Positions 29,655 to 39,846 are shown, counted from the first letter of the stretch. The stretch is DNA of 64,000 nt from an uncultured Gemmatimonadaceae bacterium (GCA_963716745.1 OY970320.1:1504001-1568000), one strand, 5' to 3'. Numbers and translations: made by a program. Notes: generated by a model not told the origin, from the letters alone.

Positions 29655-30196
29655 CCGAGCTCGAGCTGGCGCCTCCGTACGAATTGGGCGCGATGCCCGG
29701 CGGCCGTCTCATGGAGACCGTCGATGAACGCCTCGTACGCGCTCCCGTCGGCGCCATGTTCGAGCTCGCGCGCGACGTGGAGCGCTGGCCCGACCACCTC
29801 GCCCACTACCGCTGGGTGCGGTTCCACGAGCGCGCCGCCGACGGCGGTGGCATCGTCGAGATGGCGGCGTGGCGCCCGTTCGGCATTTTCGGCATCCGCA
29901 CCTGGTGGATGTCGGAGATGCAGGTGGACGACGCGCGGCCGGCGATACGGTTCCGTCACATCATGGGTGTCACCAAGCGGATGGACGTGGAATGGAGCTT
30001 CACGCCGGCCGACGGCGGGACGCACGTGCGCATCGTGCACGTATGGGACGGCCCGCGCTGGCCGCTGATCGGCGGCTTCGCCGCCACACGCGTGATCGGC
30101 CCCGTATTCGTGCACGGGATCGCCTCGCGCACGCTCGCCGGACTCGCGGCCGCGGCGGAACGCGGCTCGAATGGCACTCTCACGGGTAGTGACTGA
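29651..30196 (+). CDS. SRPBCC/START-family polyketide cyclase-dehydrase
   Basis: FELARDVERWPDHL, IRFRHIMGVTKRMDVEWSF; GTG start overlaps the methyltransferase stop. Confidence 0.8.
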   Translation: MTELELAPPYELGAMPGGRLMETVDERLVRAPVGAMFELARDVERWPDHLAHYRWVRFHERAADGGGIVEMAAWRPFGIFGIRTWWMSEMQVDDARPAIRFRHIMGVTKRMDVEWSFTPADGGTHVRIVHVWDGPRWPLIGGFAATRVIGPVFVHGIASRTLAGLAAAAERGSNGTLTGSD

Positions 30197-30197
30197 G

Positions 30198-31441
30198 ATG
30201 AAACGACGCGTCGCGATCACCGGCATCGGCGCCATCACGCCGATCGGCACCAGTTCCTCGGGATTGTGGGACGGGCTTCGCGCGCAGCGCAGCGCCGTGC
30301 GGGAGCTCACGCGCTTCGATCCGTCGATCTTCCGCAGCCACATCGCGGCCGAGGTGAACGACTTCGTCCCCACGGATCATCTGGAAGCAGAAGCGCGCCA
30401 AGCGTCTCGACCGATTCGGGCAATTCAGCGTCGCCACCGCGCGCCTCGCGATCGAGGACTCCGGCATCGATCTCGCCGTCGAGGACAAGGAGCGCGATCG
30501 GCGCGATGATGGGCACGGCACTCGGCGGCGTGGGCTACGCCGAGGAACAGTGCGGCGTGTTCTACCGCGGGAGCGTGAAGCGATGTGGATCCGATGCTCG
30601 CGCTCACGGTGTTCGGCGGCGCCTCGAGCTGCAACATGGCCATCGAGTTCGGCGTGCAAGGTCCGAACAGCACTAACGCGATGAGCTGCGCGAGCGGCAC
30701 CATCGCGATCGGCGATGCTTTCCGGCAGATCCGCGATGGCTACGCCGACGTGATGATCGCGGGCGGCGCCGAAGCGCCGCTCTGGCCGCTCTGTTACGGC
30801 GCGTTCGCGCTCATCCGCGCCATGAGCACGCGCAACGACGATCCGTCGGCGCGCGTCGCGTCCGTTCGACAAGGATCGCGACGGGTTCGTGATGGGCGAG
30901 GGCGCGGCGGTGCTCATGCTCGAGGAGATGAGCGCGGGCGAAGGCGCGCGGCGCGCGCATCTACGGCGAGGTGTGCGGCTACGGGATGAGCAACGACGCG
31001 TATCACATGACCGCACCGCGCCCCGATGGTTCGCAGGCGGCGCGCAGCATGCAGCGCGCGCTCGACGACGCGGGCCTCGCCCCCACCGAGATCGGCTATG
31101 TGAACGCCCACGGCAGCTCCACACCGCTCAACGATTCCACCGAGACCCTCGCGATCCGCCGCGTGTTCGGCGACCACGCCGCCGCGCTGCCGGTGAGCGG
31201 CACCAAGGGCTATTACGGTCACGCGCTGGGTGCGAGCGGCGCGATCGAGGCCGCGATCTGCGCCCTCGCGATGGAGCAGGCGTGGCTGCCGCCCACGGTG
31301 AATCTCGATTCGCCGGATGCGGCATGCGCGCTGGATCACGTGCCGCGCGCGGGGCTGCAGGGCAGGCCCGAACACATCCTGTCGAACAGTTTCGGATTCG
31401 GCGGCATCAATGCCGCCCTGGTGCTCCGCCGCGCCGACTGA
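30198..31441 (+). CDS. Beta-ketoacyl-ACP synthase II / type II PKS KS-like; five +1 frameshifts (about 30388, 30496, 30581, 30853, 30934)
   Basis: RRVAITGIGAITPIG, AMSCASG (Cys), PFDKDRDGFVMGEG, NAHGSST and GHALGASG (His/His), SNSFGFGGINA. Confidence 0.88.
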
Positions 31442-31472
31442 CTTGTCCGGTTCGCGCGCTATCTTACTGGGC

Positions 31473-31982
31473 ATGCTGAATCGTTCGTTGGGCTGCGCCG
31501 CACTCGTGCTGGTCGCGCTCGCCGCGTGCAACGGGCCGGAACGCGGCCCCGACGCCGAGAAGATCGTCTCGCATTTCGTGCGCGCCGATACGCTCGGCAG
31601 CTGGGACGAGGCGATCTCGCTCGTTGCGCCGTGCGACACGAGCGCAACCGCACCGCCGATCCGCGTCACGCGATCCGTGTCCGTGGGCGGCGCGCAACAA
31701 GGCAAAGGCAAGGACAGCATCCTCGTCGCCGCGTACTATCAGGTCGCGGGCACGGCGGTATCGGGCGAGACGCTGGGGAACGGCGTCACGGTGTGGCACT
31801 TTACCCCGGCCGCCGCCACCGACACTGTCACCTTCCGCCTCGGCCCCGACAGCTTCGGCCGCCTCATGATCGCCTGCGGCCCGCTTCCGGTTCATCGTGC
31901 GCCCATGGAGATGCCCGATCAAGTCACGCAGATGGACTCGGCATCGCGCGCCGCGTTCGACGCGGCGGTCGCAAGACGCTAG
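31473..31982 (+). CDS. Hypothetical lipoprotein
   Basis: MLNRSLGCAALVLVALAAC lipobox; typical codon usage. Confidence 0.65.
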   Translation: MLNRSLGCAALVLVALAACNGPERGPDAEKIVSHFVRADTLGSWDEAISLVAPCDTSATAPPIRVTRSVSVGGAQQGKGKDSILVAAYYQVAGTAVSGETLGNGVTVWHFTPAAATDTVTFRLGPDSFGRLMIACGPLPVHRAPMEMPDQVTQMDSASRAAFDAAVARR

Positions 31983-31988
31983 ACGCAT

Positions 31989-32033
31989 GCAGTTGCCGTC
32001 TAACGTCTAAGTCTAGAGTCCAAGTCTGTAGTT
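31989..32033. repeat. Degenerate 6-7-nt tandem (GTCTAAC/GTCTAA/GTCTAGA/GTCCAA) bounded by GCAGTT and GTAGTT
   Basis: Between convergent genes; fused to the ppa stop codon (minus strand TAACTAC). Confidence 0.6.
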
Positions 32034-32598
32034 ACGGCGTCGCCGTCATGAACTTCGCCGCGTACCGGTCGATGCCTTCGCGAATGACCGTCATCGCGAC
32101 ATCGCTCTTCCCCCACCCCACGGTCTGCACCCGCTTCCCCTCGAGATCCTTGTAGATGTGGAAGAAGTGCTCGACCTCTTTCAGCACGTGCTGCGGGATG
32201 TCCGCGATGTCGAAATACTCGCCGAAGAAGGGGTCGTTGATCGGCACCGCGAGGATCTTGTCGTCGGGCTCGCCGCGGTCGGTCATCTTCAGCACGCCAA
32301 TGGGGCGCGCGTCGATCTGGCATCCCGGGAACGTCGGCTCGTTCACCATCACGAGGATGTCGCACGGATCGTGATCCTCCGCCAGCGTGCGCGGGATGAA
32401 CCCGTAGTCGCCCGGATAGTGCACGGCCGAGTACAGCACGCGATCGAGACGCAGGAGCCCCGACTCCTTGTCGAGCTCGTACTTGTTGCGGCTCCCGGTG
32501 GGGATCTCCACGAGCGCGGTCACCTCTTCCGGCGGGTGCCGCCCTGGGGGCAGGTGGTGCCACGGGTGGAGCAAGCGCGCCTCACGCGAAGTGTGCAC
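32032..32598 (-). CDS. ppa: Soluble inorganic pyrophosphatase (family I)
   Basis: EIPTGSRNKYE, YPGDYGFIPRT, EDHDPCD, DDKILAV and YKDLE. Confidence 0.95.
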   Translation of the reverse strand: MHTSREARLLHPWHHLPPGRHPPEEVTALVEIPTGSRNKYELDKESGLLRLDRVLYSAVHYPGDYGFIPRTLAEDHDPCDILVMVNEPTFPGCQIDARPIGVLKMTDRGEPDDKILAVPINDPFFGEYFDIADIPQHVLKEVEHFFHIYKDLEGKRVQTVGWGKSDVAMTVIREGIDRYAAKFMTATP

Positions 32599-32648
32599 CG
32601 GAATTGTAGCGCGCCCGGCGCTCGACTGACAGCCGCGGCGGGCGTATC

Positions 32649-33830
32649 ATGTTCACGACCCCAACCGCCGGACTCTCGCTGACCCCTTCACGCTCGGCCG
32701 CGCGCCCGCGCATCGTGCTCCTCGGCTGCTCTTTCGCCGGGCTCGAATTCCTGTTGCGGTACGCGCGGCGCACTCGTGCCTTCCGGCCGGGCGAAGTGAC
32801 AGTGGTGGATCCGCGCACGAGTCATTCGTACGTTCCGCTCGCGCACGAGGTGGCGAGCGGCGCGCGCGAGGCCGCGGAGCTCGTCTTCGAGACGCCGGCG
32901 TTCGTCACCGCGCTCGGCGCTGAGTGGGTGACGAGCGGCGCGCGCTCGGTGGATCCCGCGGCGAAGACCGTACTGCTCGAGAACGGCCGCGTCCTCGCCT
33001 ACGATCGCTGCATCGTGGCGGTGGGATCGGTGCCGGCGGTGCCGGCGGAACTCGACGGCAAGGCGGGCGTCATCGCCGCGAAGTGGATACCGGATGCCGC
33101 CGCGCTCAACGCGCGCCTGCACGTGCTGCGCGCGACGGGCGCGCGCATGATGCGCGTGGTGGTCGCCGGCGGCGGACTCACCGCCGTGGAGTGGAGCGCG
33201 GAGCTGGCGAGCGCGCGCGTGGAGGGCACGCGGATCGCGGTGACGCTCATCGGTTCGGAGCCCCGGCTGCTGCCGGCGTTCGCGCCGCATATCGCGCGCC
33301 GCGCGAGCCGCGCGCTGGAGTCGGTGGGCGTCGGAATGGTGTTCGGCCGCCGCGTGGCCGGCTTCGCGGGCGACCGCGCGCTGCTCGCGGACGGCGCGGC
33401 CTTCCCTGGCGACGTGCTGCTGTGGGCGGGCGGCGTACGCGCGAACCCGGTGCTCGCCGAGTTCGGCGCACCGCTCGGCGAGGACGGCCGCATCGTGGTG
33501 ACGCCGCGCCTCGAGGTGAACGGGTGCGACGGACTGCACGTGATCGGCGATGCCGCGCAGATCGTGGAGGACGGGAACCCGTGGCCCACGATGCGGCGCG
33601 CGATCGAGGCGATCTGGCAGGGCGCGCTGCTCGCGCGGCGGATCGCCGGACACTATGCCGTTGGCTCCGGACCATCGCACCGCCTGCGCACCGATTTCTG
33701 GTACGGCCTCTCGCTCGGCGCGAAGAAGAGCGCCATTGTGCGTGGCGGGCGACTGGATGAACGATCGGTGTATGTCGCGGCGCGCCGCGGGCTGCAATGG
33801 GCGTACTACCGCCGGTTCCCGGTTCGATAA
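32649..33830 (+). CDS. NDH-2/AIF-like FAD-dependent oxidoreductase
   Basis: IVLLGCSFAG, YDRCIVAVGS, VVAGGGLTAVE, WAGGVRAN and IGDAA. Confidence 0.8.
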   Translation: MFTTPTAGLSLTPSRSAARPRIVLLGCSFAGLEFLLRYARRTRAFRPGEVTVVDPRTSHSYVPLAHEVASGAREAAELVFETPAFVTALGAEWVTSGARSVDPAAKTVLLENGRVLAYDRCIVAVGSVPAVPAELDGKAGVIAAKWIPDAAALNARLHVLRATGARMMRVVVAGGGLTAVEWSAELASARVEGTRIAVTLIGSEPRLLPAFAPHIARRASRALESVGVGMVFGRRVAGFAGDRALLADGAAFPGDVLLWAGGVRANPVLAEFGAPLGEDGRIVVTPRLEVNGCDGLHVIGDAAQIVEDGNPWPTMRRAIEAIWQGALLARRIAGHYAVGSGPSHRLRTDFWYGLSLGAKKSAIVRGGRLDERSVYVAARRGLQWAYYRRFPVR

Positions 33831-33831
33831 G

Positions 33832-33925
33832 AACTACTTTGACAGGATTAACATGATCGACATCATGATGGACAACGGGCGTCGTTCATCATGATGTCGA
33901 TCATGTTAATCCTGTCAAAGCAGTT
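33832..33925. repeat. 94-bp palindromic element, 45-bp arms (42/45), 9-nt periodic
   Basis: AACTACTTTGACAGGATTAACATGATCGACATCATGATGGACAAC-GGGC-inverted copy. Confidence 0.9.
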
Positions 33926-33971
33926 GTCATGAATCTGGCGACGGCCCCGTCGCGCATCTAGAATGTGTCCC

Positions 33972-35935
33972 ATGTCTGACGATATCGACGTCCTCCTCCA
34001 CGAGCACCGGAAATTCCCGCCGCCCGCGAATTTCGCGAAAGGGGCGCACGTCAATTCCACCGCAATGCACGAGCGCGCCGCGAAGGACTACGAAGCGTTC
34101 TGGGCGGAGATGGCGCATGAGCTCGAGTGGTCGAAGCCCTGGAGCAGAGTGCTCGAGTGGGATCCGCCGTGGGCGAAGTGGTTCACCGGCGGCACGCTGA
34201 ACGCGAGCGTGAATTGTCTCGACCGCCATGTGCGCGGCGCGCGTCGCAACAAGGCGGCGCTCGTGTGGGAGGGCGAGCCGGGCGATACGCGGACGCTCAC
34301 ATACTGGGACCTGTACCGCGAGGTGAACAAGTTCGCGAACGTGCTCGACTCGCTGGGCGTGAAGCGCGGCGATCGCGTGGCGATCTACCTGCCGCTCATC
34401 CCCGAGGTCGTGATCGCGATGCTCGCGTGCGCGCGCATCGGCGCGCCGCACTCGGTGGTGTTCGGCGGCTTCTCGAGCGACAGTCTGCGCGACCGGATCA
34501 ACGATGCGCAGTGCAAAGTGCTCGTCACCGCCGACGGCGGCTACCGGCGCGGCACGATGCTGCCGCTCAAGCGCAACGCCGATAAGGCGCTCGAGGAGAC
34601 GCCGTCGATCAAGCACGTGGTAGTGGTGAAGCGCACCGGCGATGGCAGCGAGAGCCACGCCGAGATGACGGAGGGGCGCGACCACTGGTGGCACCGCCTC
34701 ATGAAGAACGCGGCGGCGTACCGCGAACCGGAGCAGATGGGCGCCGAAGATGTGCTCTACATCCTGTATACGAGCGGCACCACCGGGATCGCCCAAGGGC
34801 ATCGTGCACACCACCGGCGGCTACATGACCGTTGCGCACGCCACCACGAAACTGGTGTTCGACCTGAAGGAGGACGACGTCTACTGGTGCACCGCCGATG
34901 TCGGCTGGGTCACCGGACACACATATCTCGTGTACGGGCCGCTCTCCAACGGCGCGACGTGTGTGATGTACGAAGGCGCCCCCGACTGGCCCGAGAAGGA
35001 TCGCTTCTGGGAGATCTGCGAGAAGTTCGGCGTCACGATCTTCTACACCGCGCCCACCGCGATCCGCGCGTTCATGAAGTGGGGGAAGGAGCACGTGCTC
35101 AAGCACGATCTCTCCCGCCTCCGTCTGCTCGGCTCCGTGGGCGAGCCGATCAATCCGGAAGCGTGGATCTGGTACCACGAGAACGTCGGCAAGGAGCGCT
35201 GCCCCATCGTGGACACGTGGTGGCAGACGGAGACCGGCAGCATCCTGATATCGCCGCTCCCGGGCGTGACGCAGGACCAAACCCGGCAGCGCGACCATGC
35301 CGTTCCCGGGGATCTTCGCCGATCTGCTCGACGCGAACGCGAGACCCATCGCGGTGGGCGGCGGCTTGCTCGCGATCACCAAGCCGTGGCCTTCGATGCT
35401 TCGCACGATCTGGGGCGACCCCGACCGCTACGTGCAGACGTACTTCTCGAAGTGGAAGGACCGCCCCGATCTGTACTTCCCTGGCGACGGCGCGAAGCGC
35501 GACGACGAGGGCTATTTCTGGATCCTGGGCCGCGTGGATGATGTGCTCAACGTCGCAGGCCATCGCATCGGCACCATGGAGGTGGAGAGCGCGCTCGTCT
35601 CGCATCCCGCGGTGGCCGAGGCGGCGGTGGTGGGCAAAGCGCATGAGCTGAAGGGACAGGCGATCGCGGCGTTCGTGACGCTGCGCGAAGGGCAGAGAGC
35701 CTCGCCCGCCCTGCGCGACGACCTGCGCGAGCACGTCGCGCAGAAGATCGGCGCGCTCGCCCGCCCCGACGACATCCTCTTCTCGGCCGACCTGCCGAAG
35801 ACGCGCTCCGGAAAGATCATGCGCCGGCTGCTGCGCGACATCGCCGAAGGACGCGCGCTGGGCGACGTGACGACCCTCGCCGATCCCGCGGTCGTCGCGA
35901 AGCTGAAGGATCAGTACGAGGCGACGGAGTCCTGA
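33972..35935 (+). CDS. acs: Acetyl-CoA synthetase; frameshifts near 34790 and 35275
   Basis: [47 protein letters not shown] and [12 protein letters not shown]. Confidence 0.95.
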
Positions 35936-36028
35936 ACGAACTGCTTGACAGGATTAACAAGATGGACAGGATGAACAACAAGCGTTGTTCATCCTGTCCA
36001 TCTTGTTAATCCTGTCAAGCAGTTCGTT
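35935..36028. repeat. 94-bp perfect palindromic element, 45-bp arms, 9-nt periodic
   Basis: AACGAACTGCTTGACAGGATTAACAAGATGGACAGGATGAACAAC-AAGC-exact inverted copy; overlaps the acs and VKOR stop codons. Confidence 0.92.
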
Positions 36029-36440
36029 GAGATCGCAGATCCGCGATGGACGTCATGAGAATCCCGAGCATGATGCACGCCGACGTCACGCACCAGATGC
36101 AGATCGCGTGGATCACGAAGAGTTCGAGGTACGTGAGCCACATCGAGAACAGCACGCTCCAACCCGAGATCGCGACCATCATGTAGGAGATCGCGCGCGA
36201 CTCGGAGCCGCGCTCGGAGAGTCCCGCGATCGCGAGCACGAAGAGCACGACGTATGTCGCGAGCCCCCATGCCGCCACCGGCAAGCCGAGGAAGGTGGCC
36301 CAGCGGCTCGTGTTCACCGTCTCGCACTCGCCCACCGAGCAGGCGAGCTCGCCGATCACCCCCACCTTGTAGAGCGTGAGGTAGAGCGCGACGAACGCGC
36401 CCGCCAGCGCGAGGACGGCGATGACCTGCCGCGTCCTCAC
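36015..36440 (-). CDS. Vitamin K epoxide reductase family protein
   Basis: CSVGECETVNTSRWA loop cysteines and AICIWC redox motif; four TM segments. Confidence 0.9.
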   Translation of the reverse strand: MRTRQVIAVLALAGAFVALYLTLYKVGVIGELACSVGECETVNTSRWATFLGLPVAAWGLATYVVLFVLAIAGLSERGSESRAISYMMVAISGWSVLFSMWLTYLELFVIHAICIWCVTSACIMLGILMTSIADLRSQRTA

Positions 36441-37201
36441 GGCTTCTTGGCGGTCTTCGGTCCTGCGGGTGCCGCGGCGGGCGGCTGGGTCGCGGCGCTG
36501 TCCACGTACGATTTGAACTCATCGTAGCCGATCGCGCCCGCCACCTTCCTCCGCCCGATCACGAACGTGGGCGTCTGCGAGACGCCAATGCGGTCGCCTT
36601 CCTTGCGGTTGCCGTAGATGCGCGTGAGGTGCTGCTGTTCCTCGAAGCACTTCTTCCAGTCGGCCACGTTCAGACCGATCTGCTTGGCGTACTCGGCGAA
36701 GAACTTGCCCGGGTTGTTCGTCGCCTCGGTGGACCACTCGGGCTGATTGAAGAAGAGCGCGTCATGCATCTCCCAGAATTTCTTCTGGTCGTCGGCGCAC
36801 GCCGCCGCGATGGATGCGCGCAGCGAGTTCTGGTGCTGCGGCAGCGGGAAATCGTAGTAGTGGTAGCTCACGAGACCGGCCTGCACGAGGCGGCGGCGCA
36901 CGTCGGGCTCGGTGACGAGCGAGAACTGCCCGCACGCCGGACACTCGTAGTCCGCGAACTCCAGCACTTGCACGGGCGCGTTGGGATTGCCGAGCAGATA
37001 GCCCTGCGCCGCAGCCGCGGTGACGTCCACTTCCTGTACGGGCGCCGATTTGGGGCGGGAAGCGACCGAGAGCAGCCATGCGCCGCCGGCGATGATGACG
37101 ATCGCGATCAGGATCCAGAAGCCGCGCGAATTCTTCGCCGGCTTCTTCTTCTTCACCACTCCCGGTCGCTGTCCCTTTCCCTCTTTTCGTCCGGCTGCCA
37201 T
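36437..37201 (-). CDS. dsbA: DsbA/BdbD-like thioredoxin-fold disulfide oxidoreductase
   Basis: EFADYECPAC, FWEMHDALF and QTPTF cis-Pro; coupled to VKOR. Confidence 0.88.
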   Translation of the reverse strand: MAAGRKEGKGQRPGVVKKKKPAKNSRGFWILIAIVIIAGGAWLLSVASRPKSAPVQEVDVTAAAAQGYLLGNPNAPVQVLEFADYECPACGQFSLVTEPDVRRRLVQAGLVSYHYYDFPLPQHQNSLRASIAAACADDQKKFWEMHDALFFNQPEWSTEATNNPGKFFAEYAKQIGLNVADWKKCFEEQQHLTRIYGNRKEGDRIGVSQTPTFVIGRRKVAGAIGYDEFKSYVDSAATQPPAAAPAGPKTAKKP

Positions 37202-37467
37202 GTGGTCGGCTCCCAGTGTGGTTCGTTGGCTTGGCTTTCGCTCACGATACGCCGGCTCTCCGCGATCTCGGGCGTGTCGTACGTCGCGCGCACTTCGTAA
37301 TGGAAGAGCTCGCTGCGGATGTCGCCGATGAGTTTCATGAGTTCGCCGGCATGCGCCAGCAGCTCGCCGCGCTCATCGAGAGCGACGATCCGTGCCGCCA
37401 ACGACCTGAGCAGGGCCTGGAGCGCCCGCGCGCGGCCGTCGCCGTAGGTCTCTTCCGGCTCCGTCAT
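37153..37467 (-). CDS. Hypothetical helical protein
   Basis: MTEPEETY...LFHYEVRATYDTPE; normal codon bias; upstream of dsbA. Confidence 0.55.
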   Translation of the reverse strand: MTEPEETYGDGRARALQALLRSLAARIVALDERGELLAHAGELMKLIGDIRSELFHYEVRATYDTPEIAESRRIVSESQANEPHWEPTTWQPDEKRERDSDREW

Positions 37468-37573
37468 TCGAGGAAAGCTAGGGCCTGCGACAGACCCCGG
37501 CAATTCGCCGGACGCACTACACCGGGAGGCGATCTTCGATTAGATTCATGGGTCCTCATACCGTGCAGGGAGA

Positions 37574-37855
37574 ATGGCCAAGGATAGGAATCGCCAGCGC
37601 GAGAAGAGCGTGAGTACGCCCTTCGAGCAGGCGCGCGACGAGATGTTCCAACAGATCATCCAGTGCGGCGTGCTTCAGTCGTCGCCCGAGCACCAGATAG
37701 AGTGGCTCGACGATACGATGTCGTACCTCGCGGACCGATACCACGAACTCCAGCCCCGCGACGTCACCGAACTCAAGACCCTCGGCGTTCGTTTCTGCCA
37801 GCCGCCCAAGGCGCGCGTGGCGGATGAGCCGGCGGACGAGAATGTCGCGGCGTAA
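37574..37855 (+). CDS. Hypothetical protein
   Basis: GGGAGA RBS before the ATG; MAKDRNRQREK...FCQPP; followed by a terminator. Confidence 0.7.
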   Translation: MAKDRNRQREKSVSTPFEQARDEMFQQIIQCGVLQSSPEHQIEWLDDTMSYLADRYHELQPRDVTELKTLGVRFCQPPKARVADEPADENVAA

Positions 37856-37896
37856 ACAGCAACGGCGTGTGTGGCGTCTGGCGTATGGTACGACTG

Positions 37897-37925
37897 AAAA
37901 GCCCCTGCGTTCGCGCGGGGGCTTT
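37897..37925 (+). terminator. Intrinsic terminator
   Basis: AAAAGCCCCTGCG-TTCG-CGCGGGGGCTTT; preceded by AACAGC-AACGGC and GGCGT(G/C/A)T heptamers. Confidence 0.7.
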
Positions 37926-37987
37926 GTGCATCCCGTGGTCGGCGCGCTATACTCAGCAGCGTGCACTCCAACAGGAACCGGTATCGA

Positions 37988-38806
37988 ATGACGGGACATG
38001 CCTCGGCTCGCGCGCACCGCTCGGCGGCGGCGCTAATTGCGGCGTTCGCCACGTTGGGGGCCGTCGGCGCCTGTGGCGGGCATGTCGCCGCCACCGATGA
38101 GACCCCGTCGCCCCATGAGGCGCACGCCGCGTGGAGCTACAGCGGAGCGAAGGGCCCCAAGCACTGGGCCTCGCTCGACACGGCGTACAAGCTCTGTTCC
38201 GACAGCAATAACCAATCGCCGATCAATATCGACAGCGCCAAGCTGGTGGACGCCGAGAACATCGAGTTCCACTATGAGCCGAGCAAGATCAACATCGTGA
38301 ACAACGGGCACACGATCGAGGTCGAGTACGAGCCGGGGAGCTACGTCACGCTCGTGGGCGTGCGCTACGATCTGGTGCAGTTCCACTTCCACATGCCAGG
38401 CGAGCACAAGACGAAGGGCAAGCTGCGCGACGGCGAGCTGCATCTCGTGCACAAGAGCGCCGATGGCCATATCCTCGTCATCGGGGTGATCCTCTACCAC
38501 ACGCAGACCGACAATGCCGCGTTCGCGTCGGTGTGGGAGAACATCCCGAAGAAGCCGGGCGAGATGCAGCATCTCAATGCGCAGACCAACGCGAGTCTGT
38601 TCCTGCCGGCCAGCCGCGCGACGTACCGCTACGACGGATCGCTCACGACCCCGCCGTGCACCGAGGGCGTGCTCTGGAACGTCATGGTCGACTCGGTGGC
38701 CATGTCGCAGGGCCAGATGCTCGACTTCATGCACATCGTTGGCGACAACTACCGGCCAGTGCAGCCGCTGGGCGGGCGGCCGCTGCTCAAGGACGCGACG
38801 CCCTAG
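37988..38806 (+). CDS. Alpha-class carbonic anhydrase (probable lipoprotein)
   Basis: WSYSG, QSPINI, NNGHT, QFHFH, ELHLVH, YDGSLTTPPCTEGV and NYRPVQP. Confidence 0.93.
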   Translation: MTGHASARAHRSAAALIAAFATLGAVGACGGHVAATDETPSPHEAHAAWSYSGAKGPKHWASLDTAYKLCSDSNNQSPINIDSAKLVDAENIEFHYEPSKINIVNNGHTIEVEYEPGSYVTLVGVRYDLVQFHFHMPGEHKTKGKLRDGELHLVHKSADGHILVIGVILYHTQTDNAAFASVWENIPKKPGEMQHLNAQTNASLFLPASRATYRYDGSLTTPPCTEGVLWNVMVDSVAMSQGQMLDFMHIVGDNYRPVQPLGGRPLLKDATP

Positions 38807-38819
38807 TGGGCCTCTGCCA

Positions 38820-39725
38820 TCAGTGCGCGCCGCAGGACGAGACCGGCAGGGTGGAGTAGGCCATTCCTTCCGGCGCGATCTCCACGCGCACAGCGAATCG
38901 CTGCGCGCCCGGCGGCTGATCCTTCACGTTCGAGCCCACGATCATCGCGAGCCGGCGCACCGCGGAATCGGGAATGGTCGACCGGGTGATCGCGAGCGGA
39001 TACATGCCGCCGGTGGAGTCGAAGGCGAGCTCGAAGATCGCGTTGCCGGCCGGCAGCGGCGGCGTCGCGCCGGTCACCATCATGCTGACCACGCCGGTGT
39101 CGAGCACCTCGGCGATCTTGGGCGGCGCCGCGGGCGCTTTCGCACAATTCGGATCGATGACCTTATTGCCCACGGATCCGGGGAACTGGACCGTCCAGAA
39201 CAACTGGCGAAGCGGCAGCAGATCGGACTGGTACTGCGCGACGATCGCGACGTCCACGACGCCGATCCCGTCGCTGGCGAGCCACTCCGCGAACAGCGTG
39301 ACGCTCGCGGTGCTCGTGGGGATGGCAGAGATGTCGTGTCGGGCCATCGACTCGGCGTTCAGCGACGAGACCGCGCTGAGGCTCGCGGGAATGGTATAGA
39401 GCGTGATCGTGGCGGGGCGTCCCCCGAGCATGACATGGCACGTTTTCAGGCTCTGCATGTTCGGCTGCCGAGGCATCCTGTGGCCAACCCACAGATGAAC
39501 CGTCACCTTGCCCGTCGAGTACGTCTGATAGTAGCTGGTCGACGCGGAGACCGCGAAGCTCGACGGGACTTGCATCGTGACTCCGCTGACAGTCACCTGC
39601 ATCGAACCCGCGGCGGCCGGCGGTGGCGCGCCACACAAGTCGTCGGCTGAACCGTTCGCGGCCGGTGGGGCGATCGGCGTGCGAGCCAAGATGCCCGAGA
39701 TGACGAGCGCGATTGCGATGCTCAT
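38820..39725 (-). CDS. Hypothetical exported protein
   Basis: Hydrophobic N-terminus, four Cys, no recognisable catalytic motif. Confidence 0.55.
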   Translation of the reverse strand: MSIAIALVISGILARTPIAPPAANGSADDLCGAPPPAAAGSMQVTVSGVTMQVPSSFAVSASTSYYQTYSTGKVTVHLWVGHRMPRQPNMQSLKTCHVMLGGRPATITLYTIPASLSAVSSLNAESMARHDISAIPTSTASVTLFAEWLASDGIGVVDVAIVAQYQSDLLPLRQLFWTVQFPGSVGNKVIDPNCAKAPAAPPKIAEVLDTGVVSMMVTGATPPLPAGNAIFELAFDSTGGMYPLAITRSTIPDSAVRRLAMIVGSNVKDQPPGAQRFAVRVEIAPEGMAYSTLPVSSCGAH

Positions 39726-39846
39726 TGCTAGGTCCTCCGGCGTGACTGGAGGCGCAGGGATCAACGCCCCCTGTCGACACTACGCGCCACTCGGCGCCAT
39801 CGCTAGGCTCGATTCGACGTGACGATTGGAATGCTCCAATCCGGCG

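Noticed and set aside
33832..36028. Repeats as a CRISPR array or as insertion-sequence ends
   Set aside because: No repeat-spacer periodicity, no cas gene or transposase, and no target-site duplication seen.
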